A DNA stretch of 64,000 nt. Origin: Selaginella moellendorffii. Lineage: Eukaryota > Plantae > Lycopodiophyta. The notes beneath the pieces were generated by a model. The model saw nothing but the letters and a program-made list of their open reading frames with translations. It had not been told where the DNA came from and made no database searches. The translations under genes were made by a program, and so were the position numbers. Location: NCBI RefSeq assembly GCF_000143415.4, contig NW_003314280.1, positions 186,001 through 250,000 of the forward strand. Reading direction: 5' to 3'. Within the stretch, counting starts at the first letter, position 1; each line of letters opens with the position of its first letter. This document shows positions 48,536-59,882 of the stretch, in pieces.

Positions 48536-50866
48536 ATGATCTACACAGCACACGCACAGCGCAGCAACGCGGAGGGATTCCGGATGAGGAAAGCGCTCGC
48601 TAGCAGCCGCTGGTGGCACTGGCGCTGGCGATCCCTCTCTGCGCTGCTGCTGTGGATGATCATCGTCGCGGCCTCCGGATCCAGTAAGTAGCCAAATGTG
48701 CTCACCGAGTGTGGACTCTAGGGTTTTGGTTTTCGTTGCCGACAGCCGAGAATCCATGGGGCGAGCGGGAGCGATGCGAGGCGCTGGTGCGGCGGTGGGC
48801 CGGGCAGGAGATTTGGAACATGGAGGAGGAGAGCGGCATGGATTTGGACGGCAGCCGCAAGTGGGAGCTCCAGGATTTGCTCTTCTTTCTCCATGTTCCA
48901 CGCACTGGAGGCCGCAACTACAACCAGTGGTGAGTGCTGGAAGAAAAAATCCTCTCTTCCTTTGTTTCTTTTCTCGCGCCGCTTCCAATCTCCAACTCGA
49001 TGCTTGCTCTTTCTCTCCCCTCTCATGCTTGAGTTCTTATTCTTTGGATTTGTTCTTCCAGCTTTCTAAAGAACATGTTCTCCTCAGAAGAGCTATGCCC
49101 TCGTTCTTACGACAAGCTTAGAATGGATCTCAGGTACTCGATCTCGTCGTTTGGTGTTCTTCGCTCTTGCGATCATACTCTCATTTTTTTGTGGATCCAG
49201 CAAACCAAACTGTAGCTTGCTATCAACTCACGACGACTACAGCATTCTCTCGATGCTTCCCAAGGCAAGGACGTCGACCATCACCAACATTCGCGATCCC
49301 ATGAACCGAGTTTTGAGCTCGTACGAGTTCTCCGTGGAAGTTGCCGCAAGGTTTCTTAGGCGAACGCGATCTATGCTGAGGAGGATTGGTCCCAAGACTC
49401 AAAAGGCAATGAGCACCCTGGACATTTGGCCGTGGAAGTATCTGGTTCCTCTCCTCCAGCGCGACCTCTTTGAGCGGGCAAGCTCTCTCGCTGCCATGCT
49501 CCTTCCTTTCTAACAGATCGTTCCTTCTATGCAGCGAGATTTGAGAGCCGCGCATTTGGTCGAGCAACCACAAAAGCCTGCCAATGTTTACGACGTGCCT
49601 GCATTTGTCATGCCTTTGAAGGAGTTTGTGGATCATCCCGCGGTTCATGAATTGGTTCACAACGGACAGACCTTCCAGGTTATATTTCTCTGGAAATCGA
49701 AGCGAGAAAAAAAAACGGTTTTGATGTATTGGCAGGTCGCCGGAATCACGAACAACTCGTACCTAAAAGAAGCGAACGATATCCGGTACTGTGTCACGCA
49801 GTTCGAGGAGCTTGGCGAGCATGTCCTTCACGTCGCAAAGGTTTGTGACTGATTGATTCTTCAGTTGGTTCACCCGTGAAAAATCTGTTTTCCAGAGGCG
49901 GCTTAACGGAATGCTATACGTTGGTCTCACTGAAAGACATAAGGAATCAGCGGAGATCCTTGTGCATCTCGTTGGGCGCCAAATTGCGACCAGGAACCTC
50001 CACAAAGGTGATAGATATTTCCTTGCTCCGTTTGCTTTCTACTGAAATATCAGGAAAAAAACCACTTCCATATATATAAATGCAGAGACTTCTTCCACAG
50101 CAAAACAAACAGCTACATATCCTGACTATGGACTTAATATGAACCTTACTGCAGGAAACGATACCTCCTACGGGGTTTGTAGCCTGTTTCAAGTTGATGA
50201 CAAAGCCTTCGTTTGACACGGTGCGCGTTCATTGTCGCCAGGACTTCATATCTCACATGGTCACCTCTTACGAGCAGTGCTCATCGTCTCTCAGGAATGC
50301 TCAGGTCCAACGCCGGATCATGTCCCTGGAAACGATTGCACCCGTCAACTTCTCCAAGGAGGTACTTTTTGTGCTTGCTTTGAAAGGACTTACTTGGACA
50401 GGAACCGCAGGCGAGGAAGACGATTCCAGGTGATACAGTCGCGCGAATACTGCAGCTCAATAGCTTGGACTTTGAGCTGTACCAGCACGCCAAGCAGCTC
50501 TTCCAACTGGAACAGGAATTTCTCAAGAACCACGCGGACGAGCTGGTATGAAAATGTTTGCACTCTGCGGGAGGATGACTGGCAATGCTTTTGTCTTGGC
50601 AGGAGACGTTTGAGCCCGATGGAAGACATGGATTGGAAGAGCACATTACTTCTTTACAAGCAACCGGCATTGTTGGATCAAGAGACGCGGCGGCCTACGT
50701 TCTTGAGGTGGACCGCAACAGGCTGGGAGTGACCAGGGACGCGGCAATCTTCATCCTGGGATGTTCTGTAGTGCTCAGCGCTCTTGGCATCTACTCTCTC
50801 GTAAATTTTCTGTCCAGGAGTGCAAGAGCAAAATCTAGAGGTGCTACCGCTCTCCAGAGAAAGTGA
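48536..50866 (+). CDS. TPST: Plant tyrosylprotein sulfotransferase, multi-exon (start may be 48584)
   Basis: LLFFLHVPRTGGR, CPRSYDKLR, LLSTHDDYS, RVLSSYEFSVEVAARFL, TLDIWPWKYLVP, ELVHNGQTFQVAGITNNS, C-terminal TM. Confidence 0.92.
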
Positions 50867-50983
50867 CAAGTAGCCAGTGCAAGCAACTACAAGCTCCAGT
50901 TTTGTAAAAATCTGCTGTTGTAAGTAATGAGATAAAACGCGCATGAAATGGAAGAAGTATACTACTCTCACCTCACAAAATCT

Positions 50984-53007
50984 TTACATAACTTTCCCGC
51001 GAGTTCTGTAAGCCGCTTCCAAGTAGCACGAGTCCTTGTCGTCAAACTTGAGCGACGCGTAGAGCTGGAGAGCGATTATTGTCACAGGAAAGAGCCCGGA
51101 ATTCCAGAGGATACAGGCTTCACCCGCAGGGATGAGGACGGCTTCGTTCACTTGCAAATACTCCTGAGAAGGAACAATCTGCAAGTGCGCTCCTTTCAGC
51201 ACCACAACGAGAACGTCGCAGTCCGCCTCGTTCTCTGGATCATACGCCTGGCCAGTTCTCAAGACGACAGATCTCGCGTTGATGGCACCCAGACCGCTCA
51301 CTGGCATCGCAAACACCTGCTTTCCATTGCTGATGCTCTTTCCCACGCCAGAGCTTAACAACGTCGAGCCTTGTTTCCCAGCCCAGCTTATCCGAATGTA
51401 ATCGACCCCGGCCCCTGATGTTAAAGCATGGAGCTCCGAGCTGGAAAGAAATGCCAGTTCTCCACTCTTGAGCTCTTTCACTTCCCTGTAGGCTCTCCGA
51501 CTACCAACGTGGTGATAGTTCAACGTTCCTCTCACCACCACCACTACTTGATCGTGTGCCGATGACTTGAAAGCGGCTTCTGTCCCTTTGAATGCTAACA
51601 TCTCCACTGTGATCCAATCCAGCAGAGGCGAGCGAGCGAACTCGTAAATACCTGAAGCACCTGTAGCCCGTGCCCGTTTTCTCAACACTGTTATGTTGCT
51701 ACCCGGTAAAATTCCCGGCGGCCTGTACTCCCGTCTGTCAAACAAGTCCTCCTCCTCGAAACTCAGGCGCTCGCTATGTACCAGGCCGTGTCTAACGTCG
51801 TTGCGACTGTCCGAGGTCAGGTTATCACCGCTCGTCGAAGTCTCAGAAGCTAGCAAGGTAGGAGGAAGAACTGGCCTGGAAACCAACGCAATGTGGGAGC
51901 TGTCAACCTCTTGGTCTCGCAGAGTGCAATTGGCAGGCACAAACTGAAGTAACAACGACGCCTGGAGAGCCTCGGTTGGATTCGAGGTGCCATACAGCAG
52001 TCTGCCGTTTATAAAATAGGCTCCGCCTGGCTCCAAGTCGATGTCTTGCACAGCCGCTCCCTCCACTTTGTCAGCGAGATACATGAGTACCACCTAGATT
52101 TGTCACAAACAATAGTAAAAAACATGGAGCTGCACATTAAAAAATCGAAGGAAGAGAGGGAAAAAAAAGTATTGTCAGGTCAACTTACGGATTCCAATTG
52201 CTGTCGGAGCTGAGGACTTTCGTCGCCGTAGAATCTCCGCGCGGCTTTTATCTGGTTCGCGAGCTTGATGGCCATTTTTCTGGTCATCGTGTGGGAATTC
52301 TGGACGAGACGTGCGCCGCTGTTGAGGAGCACGTCCACTGTCTCGCATTGGAAGCCCTCGAACTTGAGCTTGAGAGCTTGCTGGGACTTTGGAGGGGCGT
52401 TCCAAACTGTGAGCCCAGAGAGGAGCACCGGATGCCCGAGGATAGCCTCCACAGCCTACCAAGCCACAGACAAGTAACGCATGAGTTTGAAGAACACACT
52501 CCCAAATGGCCCAAAAGAAAGAAAGCATACCTCTACGATGGATTTGTCTCTGCCAAGCTTGAAGCAATCTTCCAGCCACAAAAAGCACGCTCTATCGGAA
52601 GGACCCTCAAAGCCCGCACGAATCATTTGCTCGCCCAAGCGCGGCCTCAACTCCTCCCAATCACGAGCAATTTTTAGAAGGAGCTCTCCAATTTGTGCGT
52701 GCTTGAGAATCGAGAATGGGCCTGCCAAGCCATTCGCGGAGTAATCGGCCGCCGAGAGCTGGGGTTGCCATCGCAGATTCCCAACAGCGAAGGATTCGTT
52801 TTTGGAGGAATATCGGATGAAGGGAGCCCCGTTGCCAAATGCATCATCAATCTTTCCAGCCTCCTCTCGATCTGTGGAAACCCGAGCTTGTCCATCTCGA
52901 ATCGACACGGAGTACCATGCCTTGGCCGCCAAGATCAGCAGCAAACAGAAGCACGCCGCCCCGATCGCGAATCCTCCTTTCCTGTGCGCCTTCCATTTCC
53001 CTGGCAT
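50984..53007 (-). CDS. Type II membrane protein with a degenerate PhyH-like (2OG-dioxygenase-fold) domain and two cupin-like domains, 3 exons
   Basis: N-terminal TM; YSANGLAGPF...IVEAVEAILG...LVQNSH...DLEPGGAYFINGRLLYG..LLLQF follows the PhyH pattern; AHDQVVVVVRGTL and CDVLVVVLKG..LIPAGE are cupin-like. Confidence 0.6.
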
Positions 53008-53262
53008 TCTTGGAGCAGCGCCAAAGAGTGCGCGATCAACACCACCCTAAGATCTCCCAGATCGATGCCTTACGCTGACGATCACGCCAAGAAGCAGCAA
53101 GGGAACGATAGCAACAGCGCTGCCGGCTCCATAATACGCACGATCGGCGTCCACGTCGTGTGGAAGTGGAAATCCCCCCAGCGTCGCCATCGCCGCGCCT
53201 TCTCTCCCCTCATCAAGATTGCATGAATGCAACGGAATAGCACTCCCACACACAAAACAAGT

Positions 53263-53311
53263 GTCGTTAGCCTAGCTATACCAATCCAGGGTTCGAATCC
53301 TGGCATTGGCA
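53263..53311 (+). other. tRNA-like remnant (T-arm/B-box hairpin, no anticodon arm)
   Basis: ccaat-ccagg-GTTCGAAT-cctgg-c-attgg hairpin. Confidence 0.4.
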
Positions 53312-53449
53312 CGAAGAACCCTAAAATCCGACAGGGCGCGAAGGGGCATTTCGATCTCTCTCCCTCCAGATCGCGGCCACAGCATCGATTCCTCTGAGCA
53401 GCTCCCTCGTCGACGATCTCCTGCGGCAGCGGACGATCGACGCAGCCGC

Positions 53450-54913
53450 GTGCGTGGAGCTGCTACGTTCTTGCGGTGAGTCCAGAGATGTCTCTCATCG
53501 CCGCTCGTGGCCACTGGTGCCACAGTTTCCTGAGCGATCAGATGTATGTCTGCTGTGGAAGCCTGGTCGATGCAAGAGATTTGCTGCCGGGGCTGGCCTC
53601 TCATGGACCCGGATGATCAAGGTCTTGTCCATCGATGGCAAGCGCTGCCGAGGCATTCCAGGTCTTCCAGCAGATGCTGCCCGCGGGCGTTCGTCCGGAG
53701 CATTCGTCACGGTTGTTAGCACTTGTTTTTCCTTGGAGGAGCGCTTCATGGTTGGATTGGAATCTGGGCTCATATTTGCCAATGCGGTGATCAATTTCCT
53801 CGCCAAGCGTGGGGATCGAGAATCTGCCAACAAGGCTTTCGAGAGATCGAGCCAGCGGGATGTGGCATCTTGGACGACAGTCATGGCAGCAAATACCCAG
53901 CATGGGCATCACAGGCAAGCTCTGGGGTTTTTTCAAGCGATGCTTGGAACAGCGCCGAGCAGCTTTGCGGCGCTTAACATCTGTGCTGGATTATCGTCGC
54001 CCAAGAATGGGGCGATGGTTGTCTCGCTCGTGGAGGAGTGTGGATTACGGACGTCTCGATCGGCACGAAATCATTCTCAGCGCAGTCCTCACGGCGTGCA
54101 ACACTCGGAACAATTTGGAGGCTTACGGACGGAAGTTCCACTCGTGGATCGACGAAGCGGGCTGGGAAACTAATGCTCTCGTAGCAAACGCTCTCGTCAC
54201 CATGTACGCAGCATGCGGTGCCACGGAGAGCGCTGAGGAGTTGTTGTCGAGGATGGACGTTGTCTCGTGGACCGCGGTTTTAGCCGGCTACTCTCAACTT
54301 GGTCGCTCCAAGGATTCGATCAGGCTCTTCAAATCGATGCTGCTGCACGGAGTGATCCGGATCGAGTGGCTTTTCTAACGCTTGCGCGTCTGGGAGCGAT
54401 GCCCTAGAAGGAAAGCTCGTCCACTCGCAGATCTTGGAGAGTGGACTCCAGGCGGACGTGACTGTCTCAAACTCGCTGCTCAACATGTACTGCAAGTGCG
54501 GCACGAAGCTGGAGGAAGCTCACGCTCACACAGCTTTGCTTGCCTCGAGCTCGGCATGGGACGTTCTCTCCTGGACGACGATTGTAGCGACGCGCGCCTC
54601 GAGCGGCAGTCCGGCAAGAGCAATGGAACTCTTCCGCGCGATGCAGCTACATGGCGTGATCCCTGACTCGATCACGTTCATCAACACCCTCCGGCTTGCA
54701 GCAACGCTGGCCTGGTGGAGCAAGCCGGGGATGTCTCTGCTGGGAGCGTGTAGTTTGTATTGCGACCATTTGCGCACGACTCTTCCCGACGCTCTTGCGC
54801 GAAGTCCCCGGCAATGCCGGCAGCTAACATCATTGCCTTGTCCAATGCCTCTGTGCCTACACAGTGATCAATCGACGATTGATCGAATCCAAGTTTTTGA
54901 CACACTCCATTAG
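53450..54913 (+). pseudogene. PLS-class PPR pseudogene
   Basis: PPR motifs (DVASWTTVM, VANALVTMYAACG, VSNSLLNMYCKCG) spread over several frames, with frameshifts and stops. Confidence 0.85.
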
Positions 54914-55181
54914 AGATGGAAGGGAATAGAAACATACGTTCTTCTATGGGTTCCTTCCCCGCCGCGAGGTGTGGGTCTAAACTCCTTTTGAGCTTGTGAA
55001 GGGGATGGAATCTCCTGGTTGCAAGGTGGAGGCGGCAGTTTTCTTCTTCCAGCACTGTCCAATTCCAGCATTGCGATGTGATATCATTCCAATCATGAAA
55101 CATTTTTAGTGTTTCACATGTGAGGTGACTAATTAAGTCAACAAAGTTGTTGACTTTAGTTTTATTCAACGCGCCAACTTT

Positions 55182-55363
55182 GACTTGATTTGGACTTCCA
55201 ATCTTTAATTCACTCGCGATGCCAATCAGAGACCTGTACAGGATGAAGTTTGTGGATGCTCAACGAGTGACTTGATTTGGACTTCCAATCTTTAATTCAC
55301 TCACCATTTAAAAAAAGACGAGATGCCAATCAGGGACCTGTACAGGATGAAGTTTGTGGATGC
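55182..55363. repeat. ~80-bp tandem duplication
   Basis: gacttgatttggacttccaatctttaattcactc...gatgccaatcag.gacctgtacaggatgaagtttgtggatgc occurs at 55182-55259 and 55269-55363. Confidence 0.9.
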
Positions 55364-55438
55364 GCTTAGCAGAATCGCGACAATCGGTGATTCGCCTCGT
55401 CTCGATCATGTTGTACATGGCGATTGTGGTGACCGTTG

Positions 55439-55734
55439 TCAGGGATTACGGCCTCGCCCAGGAGGAGGTCGTTCCGGTCGAAATTCTCGGTAAGTCTGGG
55501 CAAAGAAAATTTCCATCAGGACATTTTCTCGATATGAATCATACATCCTACCTGAAGAAGGAACCTGGATTTGAATTTCAGGGTGGGAGCATCAAATTCT
55601 GCAGTCCGTTGGGAGAAAACTGATGAACAATTCTTCCTGGTACCTTGTTCTTCATGACAAGGAGCTCCATGTATGCCACCGACCAAAAGAAACCCGAGTA
55701 TGGAAGACACAAAAAAAATTCTTGCGAGTGCCAT
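55439..55734 (-). CDS. Small secreted peptide precursor 1 (64 aa; exons 55734-55644, 55598-55552, 55495-55439)
   Basis: MALARIFFVSSILGFLLVGGIHG-APCHEEQEFDAPTLKFKSRFLLQTYREFRPERPPPGRGRNP*; canonical GT-AG introns of 45 and 56 nt preserve the frame. Confidence 0.7.
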
Positions 55735-55880
55735 CTCTTGCTAACAAATTTGAGACACTTTTCATGGCAGACCCTTCAACTTATAGCTTTCACAAAGTCC
55801 AAGTCAAGTATCTCGTCTCGTTTGTCAAGTTAGCATATAAAGACCAAAAACTCGTATTAAGCGCAAGCTCTCAGTGTCAA

Positions 55881-55954
55881 GGCCGCGTAGCGTAGTGGAT
55901 CAGTGCGTCAGACTTCGAATCTGAAGGCTGTGGGTTCGAATTCCACCCTGGTCG
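55881..55954 (+). tRNA. tRNA-Arg(TCG), possibly a pseudogene
   Basis: Cloverleaf with TCAGA-CT TCG AA-TCTGA anticodon arm and GTTCGAAT T-loop; one acceptor-stem mismatch and a weak D stem. Confidence 0.8.
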
Positions 55955-55977
55955 TGTTTTGTCAGTAGCTCAAATAG

Positions 55978-56830
55978 TCAGTCGAACAAGTTGCTAATAA
56001 TTGAGTACTCCCAGCGAGACAATATCGCTGATACTATATTTTCACCATGATGAGAGGAAGACCGTAGCGGGCGATACGATGGCGACAAGCGAAACCGGAA
56101 GCGCTTGAGAATGGTGGCCAAGGCGATCTTGGCTTCGATGAGTGCAAAGGCTTGGCCAACACACACGCGGGGGCCAAGCGAAAAGGCCAGGAACGCGTTC
56201 GAGTGCTTGCACGGTCCATCCTTGAAGCTCTCCGGATTGAAGTCGTGGGTGTCGTGATGACTGGAATGGAGACCGCAGTTCCCTTTGGGACGAGGATGCG
56301 AAGATGAACACCACCACCGGTGGAGAGTTTCGTGGAGATCTATACAAGAAACTTCAAAGCAACGCAAAAACCTTACCAGCTTAAGCTTGCTGATTGAATT
56401 GGCTTCTGGAATGGCACCGTTGCAGACTTCCTGAGCCTCGACGCAAGCGCGCTCTGCCATTCCAAAGCCAAGAGCACAGCATGGACCAGTCTCCAGATGA
56501 GGAGACTACGTCGTCTTGTGGCCAGCAAAGAAAGTCTTGCACTCCTCCATCACGGGGAGAGAACGAAGAAAGAAAAACTTTACCGTATTCCTTGGACCAC
56601 TGGTGGCATCACATGCTCCACAATGTCGTGATTCAAGCCTGCCATGTCCCGCTCCTTGGCACTGTCTCTCATCTTCATCACCTTGCCGAAAGTCCTTGAC
56701 GGCCCCTGGATCCTGGCTTCGAATCCTTGCGTCGAGCGATCTTGGCTCCAGCCAAAACCTGGTTATGATCGATCGCCATAGCTTCACAACCACTGCTAGC
56801 AGCACCAGCAGCGTGCCCGTCCATATCGTG
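55978..56830 (-). pseudogene. Cytochrome P450 (CYP72-clan-like) pseudogene with large deletions
   Basis: WLEPRSLDARIRSQ, EECKTFFAGHKTT, LHETL, FSLGPRVCVGQAFALIEAK..LKRFRFRLSPSY; the pieces are out of frame. Confidence 0.85.
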
Positions 56831-57017
56831 GAATGCCTGCCGGCCCATTGGATCGCACAATATATTGTACAAGAACTTTCATTGAAACCCCCAAAGTTTT
56901 TTTCTAGAAAATCAGAACGATTCCTCAGCACCCATTGTTCCAAGGCGGCCATGGTGTGTTTTAGCTCGCCCCTCAAAGCAATAATCCCATGGAATGTAAT
57001 ACAGCAACAATTCGTTA

Positions 57018-57296
57018 TCAGGGATTTCTGCCTCGGGGAGGAGGAGAGCGTTTTGGTCGAAATTCTCGGTATGCTGGTGGGGGCATTTCTCGTTGTGAAT
57101 CATATCCTACCTGAAGAAGGAACCTTGACTTGAATTTCATGGTTGGAGCATCAAATTCTGCAGTCCATTATTTAGAGAAAACTGATGAAAAATTCTTCCT
57201 CGTACCTTGTTCTTCATGAAAAGGAGCTCCATGTATACCACCGATCAAAAGAAATCCGAGTATGCAGGACACAAAAAAAATTCTTACGGGTGTCAT
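57018..57296 (-). CDS. Small secreted peptide precursor 2 (76 aa; exons 57296-57206, 57157-57018)
   Basis: MTPVRIFFVSCILGFLLIGGIHG-APFHEEQEFDAPTMKFKSRFLLQVGYDSQREMPPPAYREFRPKRSPPPRGRNP*; paralog of 55439-55734. Confidence 0.65.
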
Positions 57297-57993
57297 CTCT
57301 TGCTACTTCGAACATTTGAGACCTCCATTCAAGTTTTTCAAAGCAGACTCAGAAGGTCCAAGTCAAGTATCTCGTCTCAGTCAAGCTGACAAATAAAGAC
57401 CAAAAGTTTGAAACCACGGGCGGGCTTTTGGTTTATCTATGGGCACTGTTTGCTTGCGATCATCAAGATTTATATTGTCAATCCTCGAGATTCTGGATAT
57501 TAAAAAAGAGAGTTTTGAGTTTAAGGTTTACTCTGAAAAGGCTCCTTAATTCCACACCTTTTACCGTGGTTATATAAGCTTGCCACAGCTGCGAGTCATA
57601 TTGTGGGTATGGAGCAAGAGAATTGGAAGGTTTTGCCAACACCGGAGCAAATTATGGAGAGGCGGCGCCTTTGGATACAGCGAAACCGAGCTGACTATTT
57701 GGAAGAGATTGGCGGGGAAACAGAGAAAGACGATGTGAAGCTGGAGAAACATTCTCCCGGGGCTTCAAACTCCTCTAAGAGAGTTGACGAGGAAAAAGAA
57801 GATGCTTGTCTAGAAGGCCACAACAGTAGTAATAGACTTCTTTGGTGGTTTTGTGATTCTTTGTTTTATCCTGTATAGTTTTTATTTGTTTTCTTGGAAA
57901 CAAATGTTGAAAGGAATATTTAGTTTTCTTACTCCCAGAGATAATTCCAACTTGTAAAAGGTGCTTAGGAACAGACATGTTTCATATCTAATG

Positions 57994-58062
57994 ACCTCAT
58001 GGCCCAATGGACAAGGCGCTGGTCTATGGAATCTCTGGCGCTGGTCTATGGAACCAGAGATT
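57994..58062 (+). pseudogene. tRNA-Arg(ACG) pseudogene (5' half only; anticodon decayed to ATG; internal duplication)
   Basis: gacctcatggcccaatggacaaggcgctggtcta(t)ggaaccagagatt matches the 5' part of plant tRNA-Arg(ACG); no T arm. Confidence 0.7.
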
Positions 58063-58106
58063 AATGGACAATCTTAATGAACAATCTTTGATCATGCATT
58101 TGTGGA

Positions 58107-58145
58107 GACCACGGTGGGATTTGACGCGGCCTTGACACTGAGAGC
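58107..58145 (-). pseudogene. Internally deleted tRNA-Arg(TCG) copy
   Basis: Reverse complement gctctcagtgtcaa-ggccgcgt-caaatcccaccgtggtc keeps the 5' flank and both tRNA ends. Confidence 0.75.
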
Positions 58146-58152
58146 ACAACCA

Positions 58153-58226
58153 CGACCACGGTGGGATTCGAACCCACAGCCTTCAGATCCGAAGTCTAAC
58201 ATGCTAATCCACTGCGCTACGCGGCC
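58153..58226 (-). tRNA. tRNA-Arg(TCG)
   Basis: GGCCGCGTAGCGCAGTGGATTAGCATGTTAGACTTCGGATCTGAAGGCTGTGGGTTCGAATCCCACCGTGGTCG; one D-stem mismatch. Confidence 0.85.
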
Positions 58227-58695
58227 TTGACACTGAGAGCTTGTGCTTATGTGATCATACCAGACGACCAAGATATTGTCAACTTCTCGAGCTTTAGATG
58301 ACTTTAAAAGGAGTAGCAAAAAGGCAAGGAAAACCAAGCAATGGCATTGACGAGCGCAGTATTCCTTTTAGTTTTGATCAGTGGTCCACATTATACTTGT
58401 GCTTCTTTCCATTCACAACGTATTGAAATTATTTGATCTTTCTTACCTTCTTCTTCCTCAAAACTGCGATGGAATGTCCTCGCCCTCTCAATCCAGGTTA
58501 TGTCTATCAAATTTCCATAGAGAATGGCAAGAATTTCCTGTTAGTTCCTATCTCATCTTCCGGACCACTGCCCGGCTATCAGACCCCAGCCATCAACTCG
58601 CCCTCCGCGCGCGGTCAATCCATAGTAAAACTCTTTCTTGTGTATTAGCAAAATGCAATTTGAAACTAAAATTCTACCTTAGGGTTTTTGCGGCA

Positions 58696-59882
58696 ATGGC
58701 AGTGATGAATGCCGCGGCGTCGTCTCCGTGCTGCTTCAATCCCAGGTGAGAGCTGGATTAGGAATGTGAGTGAATTCGCATCGGCTGTGGCAGGAGCAGC
58801 AGCTGCGAGAAATCGGCAGCGCTATTTTCCAGCCAGTGGCGCCAGGACGAATCTGGGTTCTGCGTCTCCAGGAGTGCGAATGCGAGGCCGGGCCGAGCAG
58901 GGATTTGCCGTGCGCAAGTAACGATGATGCCAATCGGCACTCCCAAAGTGCCTTACAGAACTCCCGGCGAGGGAACTTGGCAGTTCGTGGATATTTGGAA
59001 TGTGCTGGTATGCTACTTCGTCTCGTTTTCTTCTTCTTTTGCTGCTCTAGACTTTGTGCCACTCCGTGACTTCTTTGCTCCAGTATCGAGAGAGAATCAT
59101 TTTTATCGGGCAACACATTGACGAGGAGTTTGGCAATCAAGTGCTCGCGACTATGCTCTACTTGGACAGCGTTGATTCCAGCAAAGATCTCCATTTCTAC
59201 ATGAGTTGTCCTGGTGGAGACGTAAGCTTCTCGCTTTTCATGAACCTTTCATCTTTTCACTAGTTTCATTTGCCAGTTAACTCCTTCCATGGCCATATAC
59301 GACACAATGGGAAGCGTGAAAAGCCGGATGGGAACGATGGCACTCGGCTATGCGTATAACATCGCTGGATTCTTACTTGCGGCTGGAGAAAAGGTTGAGT
59401 CTCTTCTGATTTCTTTCAACGCCATAAATTCCGTGCCTTGACCAGGGACTGCGAACCTCCATGCCTCTGACAAGAATTGCTATGCAACCGCCTCAAGGAG
59501 CTGCTCGCGGAAAAGTGAGAGCCTTTGCATTGATCATCCAATTGTCGTTTTAGATCTGAGCGTTGTTTTTTGCAGGCAGCCGACATTCAAAACGAGGCTA
59601 AGGAACTATCTCGAGTTCGAGATTATCTCTTCAAGCAACTAGCTGTGAAAACTGGGCAGCCAGAAGAAAAGGTAATCTGAGAAGCATGGCATTTACGCAG
59701 CCACGCATTTGTCTGATGCTGGCATCTCAATGCTGTTGCAGATTCACAAAGACTTTAGCAGGATAAAAAGGTTTTCTGCGCAAGAGGCTCTAGACTATGG
59801 CCTGATTGACAAAATCATAAGGCCTCCCACGGTCAAACCAGATGCAAGCTCCAAGGCCGAGGCCGGTCGTGGCATCGGCTGA
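58696..59882 (+). CDS. CLPR2: Plastid Clp protease non-catalytic subunit ClpR2, multi-exon
   Basis: MMPIGTPKVPYR..EGTWQFVDIWNVLYRERIIFIGQ, ATMLYLDS, GYAYNIAGFLLAAG (catalytic Ser absent). Confidence 0.88.

Noticed and set aside
53047-53190. Small hydrophobic ORF upstream of the PhyH-cupin gene as an extra exon or uORF
   Set aside because: The linking intron would be only ~27 nt, and there is no independent support
55354-55895. Plus-strand ORFs 55354-55623 and 55623-55895
   Set aside because: Antisense to the spliced peptide gene, whose splice sites and paralog conservation are on the minus strand
58092-58337. ORF MVFLAFLLLLLKSSKA... with a signal-peptide-like start
   Set aside because: Non-ATG start, and it runs through the tRNA-Arg gene and its deleted copy
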